DNA from: Selaginella moellendorffii
Taxonomy: Eukaryota > Plantae > Lycopodiophyta
Reading direction: 5' to 3'
Assembly: GCF_000143415.4 (NCBI RefSeq)
Contig: NW_003314280.1
Span: 2,091,549 to 2,155,548, forward strand
DNA length: 64,000 nt
The translations under genes and the position numbers were made by a program. Numbering within the stretch: position 1 is the first letter of the stretch; every line of letters begins with the position of its first letter. Of the stretch, positions 57,873 to 64,000 are shown piece by piece. The notes under the pieces were generated by a model. That model ran no database searches, was not told the DNA's origin, and saw only the letters and a program-made list of their open reading frames with translations.

Positions 57873-59871
57873 TTAATGGTTTGACACCAAAGGTTCGCCA
57901 TGCATTATTCATCTTCTAAGGAGCATAATCTCTTGAATTTAGAGACTCATTCGACCGCTTGTGGTGGTTCTCTCCTTTTATCAGTTTAGTTCTCGTTAAA
58001 CCTGTCAGAGACACCTTCTATATCTCAATCCCACTATTCATTCTCGAGTAGTCTTAGTTTCCACCGATATAACTTTTGCACTTTGGAACTTTTAATTTTG
58101 ACTTCTCAAAGTCAATTTCTTGGGTGTCTCTGACACCTTGCATTACACATATTATGCAATTCCACTTCCCCATCCTAGAAAGTTCTCTACTTAAAGGCAT
58201 TATCATCCTCTCTTCTATTTCGGGTCACCTTTGGCACTAAGTTCCAGTTATTATAATTTGTGCTAGAACTATCCACGCCTATCATTTGACTACCTTACCG
58301 CTCCCTCCCTTGAAGCTTCCACTTTCACCAAATCAGAGCAATTAGGAATCCATCCGTGGAAACACATTGCCTTTCCCACAATTTGTTAGCACCCAACACT
58401 TTAGTGTTCTTGGCCCAACTTTGCCATCTGGATTCTTTTCCATGATTCCCATAGCTATTTTCTTAACCACTAGTTTTTTGCTCTTATCCTTTGATTGTTG
58501 CACCTAGCAACATAGGATCACTACCTCCATCTTTGAGGTATTCTTTTGGTTCCATAGCAAAGTCTTTGCTTTGCTAAGTCCAGAGGGTATTCACCCCTAG
58601 TAAGTATTTTTAGCATTTTCTATTGTGGGCTCTATCCACAGCCTAACTTTGTGACCCTCCCATGGGTCTCTCCCAGATATTATTTTCTTCAGACTCTCTA
58701 TGCCATCGCATTGACATATCTCATTTCCCTTAAGTGTTCTTCCCACTTGGTCACCTTGATCAAACCACACCATCATCAATAGTTCAAATCAACATTTTGA
58801 ACTAGAAATCTTATTCCTTAACCTCACAAAGACTTTATCCTTGTTTTAGCCATAAGATCACCTAATGATCTACTTTAATAGATTTGCCAATAGGTACTAA
58901 GTCTTCTAGACCTTTAAGTTATTCACTATGACCCCAGGGGTATCCCCCACACTTGGCAGTGCACCCAAGCTAGCCCTTCCGGCCAAGGGTCCATAACAAC
59001 TAAGACTAGGTGTCTCTATCTCATTCACCACGTCCTTGGTACCACTTGCATCAAAGTGTTCGAATTAGATATGCCGAGCCTTCACACTAAGCAATCTAGC
59101 TGTGCATTATGACTTTGGGGCATCCCCCGCTTGACAGTGTGCCCAAGCTAGTCTCCTTACTAAGAGTCCATGACCACCGAAAAATTGAGTGTCCTCATAT
59201 TCCAAACCATCACCTCACCCTAGTGAGTTGGGACTCGAACCCAAGCACTAGAGGATTAGGACTCGAACCCAACCTTCGTATATGCATTTATGGACAGCAT
59301 CACATTAGATGCCTAGCATGACTCCCCACGCCGGTGCACCAACTTATACTTAAAGCGCACTACAGATCACAGCTTAGGAACTTCTAGTACGTCCATACTA
59401 CCAAGTCCTCTCACTTGACATGTTTATGATCATGCATGGACTCCTCCATGTTTGGCCCCATGAGCCACCCCTTTTGAAGTTAGCATCTTCAATTAGGGTA
59501 TTTGTTCCTTTGACTTGCCAATCTCACCTAACAAGTCATCCGACCACCGTAATATGGTTCATGCACAAGCGTGAAAGCCCTTAACCATCGACTTTCGTTC
59601 AAAGCCCTCTCTTTGAACACTCGGGAACTACTTCCCTAACCTTGATAGCCTTGCTTCATGGCAAGCTTCAAGACTACGCTTCTGTTGCACCACTCTGATT
59701 TTGCGTGCTTTATGAACGATTTACACTTGGCTTTTTAGGTATTTTCTACCTAGAATTGTCTTTGGGAACTTTCAAGGAACTTTGTTCTTTAGCTTGCTAA
59801 GGCCTCTCTTTTCACAAGCTTTCAAATTGCCATATGGTTTAACATGGACAATTCCATACTTTAGACCCTTC

Positions 59872-60466
59872 TGTAAGCAACCAAAGGGAACGACTCGAGA
59901 GACAATCCATTGGGGTTCAAATATAGAGGGAAAGGGCCCATGAACAAGAGTGCACCCCATTTTCTAATCGGTTAAGGGTCTTGGGATATTTGGAGTTAAG
60001 CGTCCTTGGGTTTGAATAGTACTGGGCTGGGTGACCTCCCAAGAAGTCTAAACTCAGGAGCTTACATTTGGTATCAGAGGGGTCTCGGGTCCGACTCTGT
60101 TGGTTGGCTAGGGGAATCGCACCACATGTTGATTGACATCTGGCTGGTCCAATTTGCTCCCGCTGGGCTCAACCCGAGGGGTAGGGTGTCAAAAGAGCGG
60201 GGCTCTCGGGAGAGCTGTGGCTCTCAGCTTCCGTTCACGAGGGCGTGAACTTGCAGGGAAGTATGGTGGATTGTAAGCAACCAAAGGGAACGACTCGAGA
60301 GACGATCCATTGGGGTTCAAATATAAAGGGAAAGGGCCCATGAACAAGAGTGCACCCCCTTTTCCAATCGGTTAAGGGTCTTGGGATATTTGGAGTTAAG
60401 CGTCCTTGGGTTTGAATAGTACTGGGCTAGGTGACCTCCCAGGAAGTCCAAACTCAGGAGCTTACA
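59872..60466 (+). mobile_element. Intact Cassandra-like TRIM with a 5S rRNA-derived domain in both LTRs
   Basis: 195-bp LTRs 59872-60066 and 60272-60466 (TG...CA, 7 mismatches); PBS TGGTATCAGAG at 60069; 205-bp internal region; perfect TSD CCTTC. The LTR contains GAGTTAAGCGTCCTTGGG..AATAGTACTGGGCTGGGTGACCTCCCAAGAAGTC. Confidence 0.92.
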
Positions 60467-63400
60467 CCTTCATGGCATCACGGTTGCTAGTGACAATATG
60501 TTCGAGCACCCATTTGACTCTCCACTCCCAACTTGCATAACCCCCTTTGGTTATGTCTGTCAATTTCTATAGTTTGATTCTATCCCTTTACTACTTGCTT
60601 TTTGGCCTCATACATTTCCTTCGGTCATTCTCCTCTAAACTAGAAGGTTAGCTTTGCACTTTCTACCATGCCTTAGCAAATATTTATAGGGATGAACTTA
60701 CCCGACAACCCAGGGAGTGATTCCTCAATCCGGGTATGCTCACTTTATAATCCCACACACTGAGATTAACATTGCTACTTATGGGCCTTTATATGCCCAT
60801 CACTAGCCTTGCCAAAATCCCTTTTTGGTTTTGTCCAATTTGGATAGACAGACTTTTCCTGTCTCCGAAACTTTGGACATTTGAATAGCACCTCCTATCC
60901 ATCATTCACTAGAGACTTTGTTATTTGGGCCTTATTCATGCCCTCACGACACCAAACACCACCTCTTAATGTTCTAGAATGCTTGGGTGTCCCAATGATG
61001 GCCTTTTTGACAATAAGCACTCCCTAAGGATATATTTAACTTCCTTATCCCAATAAGAAATCTTAGGTAGTTACCTTCTACCAGTTTAACTAATTATTTT
61101 GCTTAGTTACTTCATAATTGTCAAGTCCTACAACTCATTACTAGTGCTTTCACACCTCCATCATTATTTGGGTCACTACACTCTAATTGCATGCCTTTCA
61201 GCTTAGGCTTTGCCATTCCCATTTCCATTAGGATTCCTTTGGGAAGGGGTTTTCATGAACCCATCAATTTGACCTCAAGGCATCATGCTTTGGCATATTC
61301 GTTGTCTACACACCATCATCTCTACAAGCCTACCTTTACGATACTTCCCACTTGTGTCTGGGTCTTTGCCAAGACCAAAACAGTCATTTCTCATGCTAAC
61401 AATCAGTTAGCAGTGCACCATAGTGTTCACACATAACTCAAAGTTGCTTTCTTTTGGGAACACTTTTCCCACGACTTTAGTATGGCATATTCTGCCATCG
61501 ATGAGATACCCACTATTCTCATACTTGGATTTTATGATCTCCCTATCCTTCGTGGGGTACAACACACCTCAGTCTAAATGCTTCCATCAATCCCTTAAGA
61601 TTATTCCTTAACTCTACTTGAGTTATCTAGCTTTTTGGACTTTGCTAATCCGACGACCTGTGAGGTCCTACTTTTGAAGTGTCAGCTCACTAGAATACAA
61701 CTTCTTGTATTCATGTCTTACTTACAAGAACCATCTTTGCAAGTGTTACTCTGACACTTGATTTTATTCTCTGGGGGCAACCTTTGCCCCTTAGAACCAC
61801 TTGTCCATGTGATGAGAATATTAACTCATCTTCTAAATACACCCCCAACTCTTTGGGTTGTTCTAGCATTTATTAAAGGTAGCCCCAGCTACCATTTCAA
61901 GGACTTGTGTCCTCTTCCGTATTTGACCTCCCACGGTCATCAATTCCAGTCTCAAATTCATGACTAGCAGCCTCAACTATATAAGGGTAATCTTGTGACT
62001 CCTTTATTGTTTTGGAGTCTGCATCTTTCTTGTGATCCCAACTATAGTTGTTACCATAACTACATTAGCTAATTTGCTGAGTCAAACACTCATCTAGATC
62101 ACATCCTCAACTCTTTGAGGAAACCCTTATATTATTCTCAAGATCCCAAAATCGTTCCCTTACTGGCCCTTTTCCATCCACCACATTGCGCACAAGTTCA
62201 CGCTTGAACTTGAGTGGAGAGCCATGTCCTCTCGACATGCTACTCCTTGAGGATATGTCCATACCTAGGACCTTTCAATTCTAATAAAAGTGGTGATATA
62301 CTTGGCCACCAATAAGAGTCGAACTAAGGAACAGCTCCGATACCAAATTGTAAGTGACTAATTTTTCCATTTTACTTTAGTCACTTAATCACATCTGCGA
62401 CCACTTAAAGGAGTCTCATTCACAACCTCCATAAGTCCAATTCAGGACTTGGGGCTTGCTAGCACCGAGAATGGCATCCATACCACTCAACCTCTACACT
62501 TGGTCCAGGTGCTCCACGTGATCGATCTCATGATCGACACCCCAAGGTACTACCGACATATTAGCCCGTTACGCTAAGGCCATGTCCATTTACCTTGGTC
62601 ACACCGATAGTCCAACACCACCTGTATTGCAATCCCATCTCTCAAAGACTAGGCCATCTGCCATGAGTGATCATCCCAGATCCACTCCTTAGCATCCTTA
62701 GGATGCCCACAGATATAGGGAATAACTTTCCCCAATATCTCTTTTCTGGTCCCCACCAAGTCCCTTTCTGTTCATGGCCGTGTTCGCCAACACTGCCATT
62801 GGATCAAGGCCCACAGGCCCGACCACTAAGTCCCCCTGTCCTCAGGGACTTCCTCACCGTGTGACTGTATCCTTGGTCACCACACTAAAGGACTACTCCT
62901 CTTCCTATCCACAGTTTGGGACTTTAGGACAACATTTTGGAACACTGTGGCCCTATGCGGACCTCGTGGGTACTCTCCCTGCCTTCCGCCTTTGGGTGCT
63001 CTAGCCATAGGCTTAGAGCGAGGTTCCATTGAGCCACGCCAGGTATCCAAGTAGGTAGTGGCACCCACGCTTGGATTGGGAGCATTGACCATTCGATCTC
63101 CTAAGGAAACTAGAGCCGGTTTTTGAACACTTCACCAAGCTACCCCGCTTGTCGGTCCATATTCACTTTAGTCTTGGACTTCTTAGTGGTCAGTTCATCA
63201 CCCAGCACCTGGGTACAGCCTCCCTAGGCCAAACTGGCCTTTCCTGGCCAAACTGGCTCCACTGGAGTCCTCCCCCACAGCCTATATTAGTATTTGAACT
63301 CAGACTCAGACTCAGTCTCAGTCTTGATTTCGGTCTCGGCCCATCTTGGGTCCACCTCAGACTCCAACTCGGACTCCACCTCAAACTCCACCTCGGACTC

Positions 63401-64000
63401 CAACTCAGACTCCATCTTGGGTCCATCTCGGACTCCATCTTAGGTCCATCTCGGGTCCATCTCAGACTCTTTTTCGGACTCCATCTGGGGTCCATCTCGA
63501 ACACTTCCACATGTCATGTGTTGGTCCTCGTATCACACGTGGTTTTGACCCTTTATCCTATGGTGATTTACCATATGATAACACCACGAAGCGGAAAATA
63601 AACCCTCTTTGTGACACATGTCATATGCCATGTGTCCAAAGGAACGTGGTGAGGAACTCGAGGTTCAAGGCCTTGGGCCACTGAATGAAGGAACGGTGCC
63701 AAACTCCCAAGCGTGGAGCCAAGGAGTGATGGAACCGAACCATGGAGCAACTCTTGAGCATAAAGCCCAAGGAGCGTAGGGACATGAGTCCGGAGCGACT
63801 TAGAACAGTCCTAGAGTAACTAGCATCCTAATGCCAAGACCAGCACGCAAAACAAAGCCAAACGAAGTTTGGCGCTATTTCGGCATACCGATGGCCTAAC
63901 GCAAGGACATGGGTACTCCACCAGCTAGCATGGAATGGAACTTGGGCTTAGACCCAAGCCGGACGCAGAACAAAGATAGGCACGCAAGCGGGAGCTAAAC

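Larger units (their letters stand above)
55581..64000 (-). mobile_element. Large LTR retrotransposon with long LTRs (55581-~56910 and 62349 to beyond 64000), decayed internal region and two nested TRIMs
   Basis: Long near-identical direct repeats both start TGTAAGTGACTAATTTTTCC. PBS complement GCTCCGATACCA at ~62334-62345 abuts the 62349 LTR. No intact ORFs inside. Confidence 0.82.

Noticed and set aside
59993-60050. Possible 5S rRNA gene
   Set aside because: Only the internal promoter half is present, duplicated within LTRs; it is part of the TRIM.

Overview
Compact land-plant nuclear DNA. The short (~50-100 nt) GT-AG introns, tiny intergenic spacers and intronless GC-rich PLS-class PPR genes suggest the lycophyte Selaginella; this is an inference. 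Positions 1-47.6 kb are gene-dense with about 22 genes: PHT4;5, RABF1/ARA6, a CE4/NodB polysaccharide deacetylase, four PLS-E PPRs, CAMTA, PAKRP2-type kinesin, two SLC19/reduced-folate-carrier-like transporters, acetyl-CoA synthetase, a FAF-domain protein, DOMON-cytochrome b561, an unknown secreted repeat protein, an SRRP1-like S1 protein, an orphan ORF, EMC5, NAF1, a subtilase, an F-box/kelch protein, prenyltransferase alpha and SAMBA. An AT-rich foldback insert lies at 16.4-18.35 kb. Positions 47.6-64 kb are a nest of decayed retroelements, including two copies of one TRIM family and an intact Cassandra-like TRIM with 5S rRNA-derived LTRs. Main leads: (1) an apparent SAMBA-prenyltransferase alpha dicistronic unit and other operon-like gene chains; (2) a Cys-free secreted protein with ~17 QAPTAS-like repeats that looks like a multi-core peptide precursor; (3) the 5S-bearing TRIM; (4) SLC19-like and CE4 genes unexpected from angiosperm gene sets; (5) a PTS1-bearing acetyl-CoA synthetase. 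Family assignments were made by eye from remembered motifs, and exon models were read manually.
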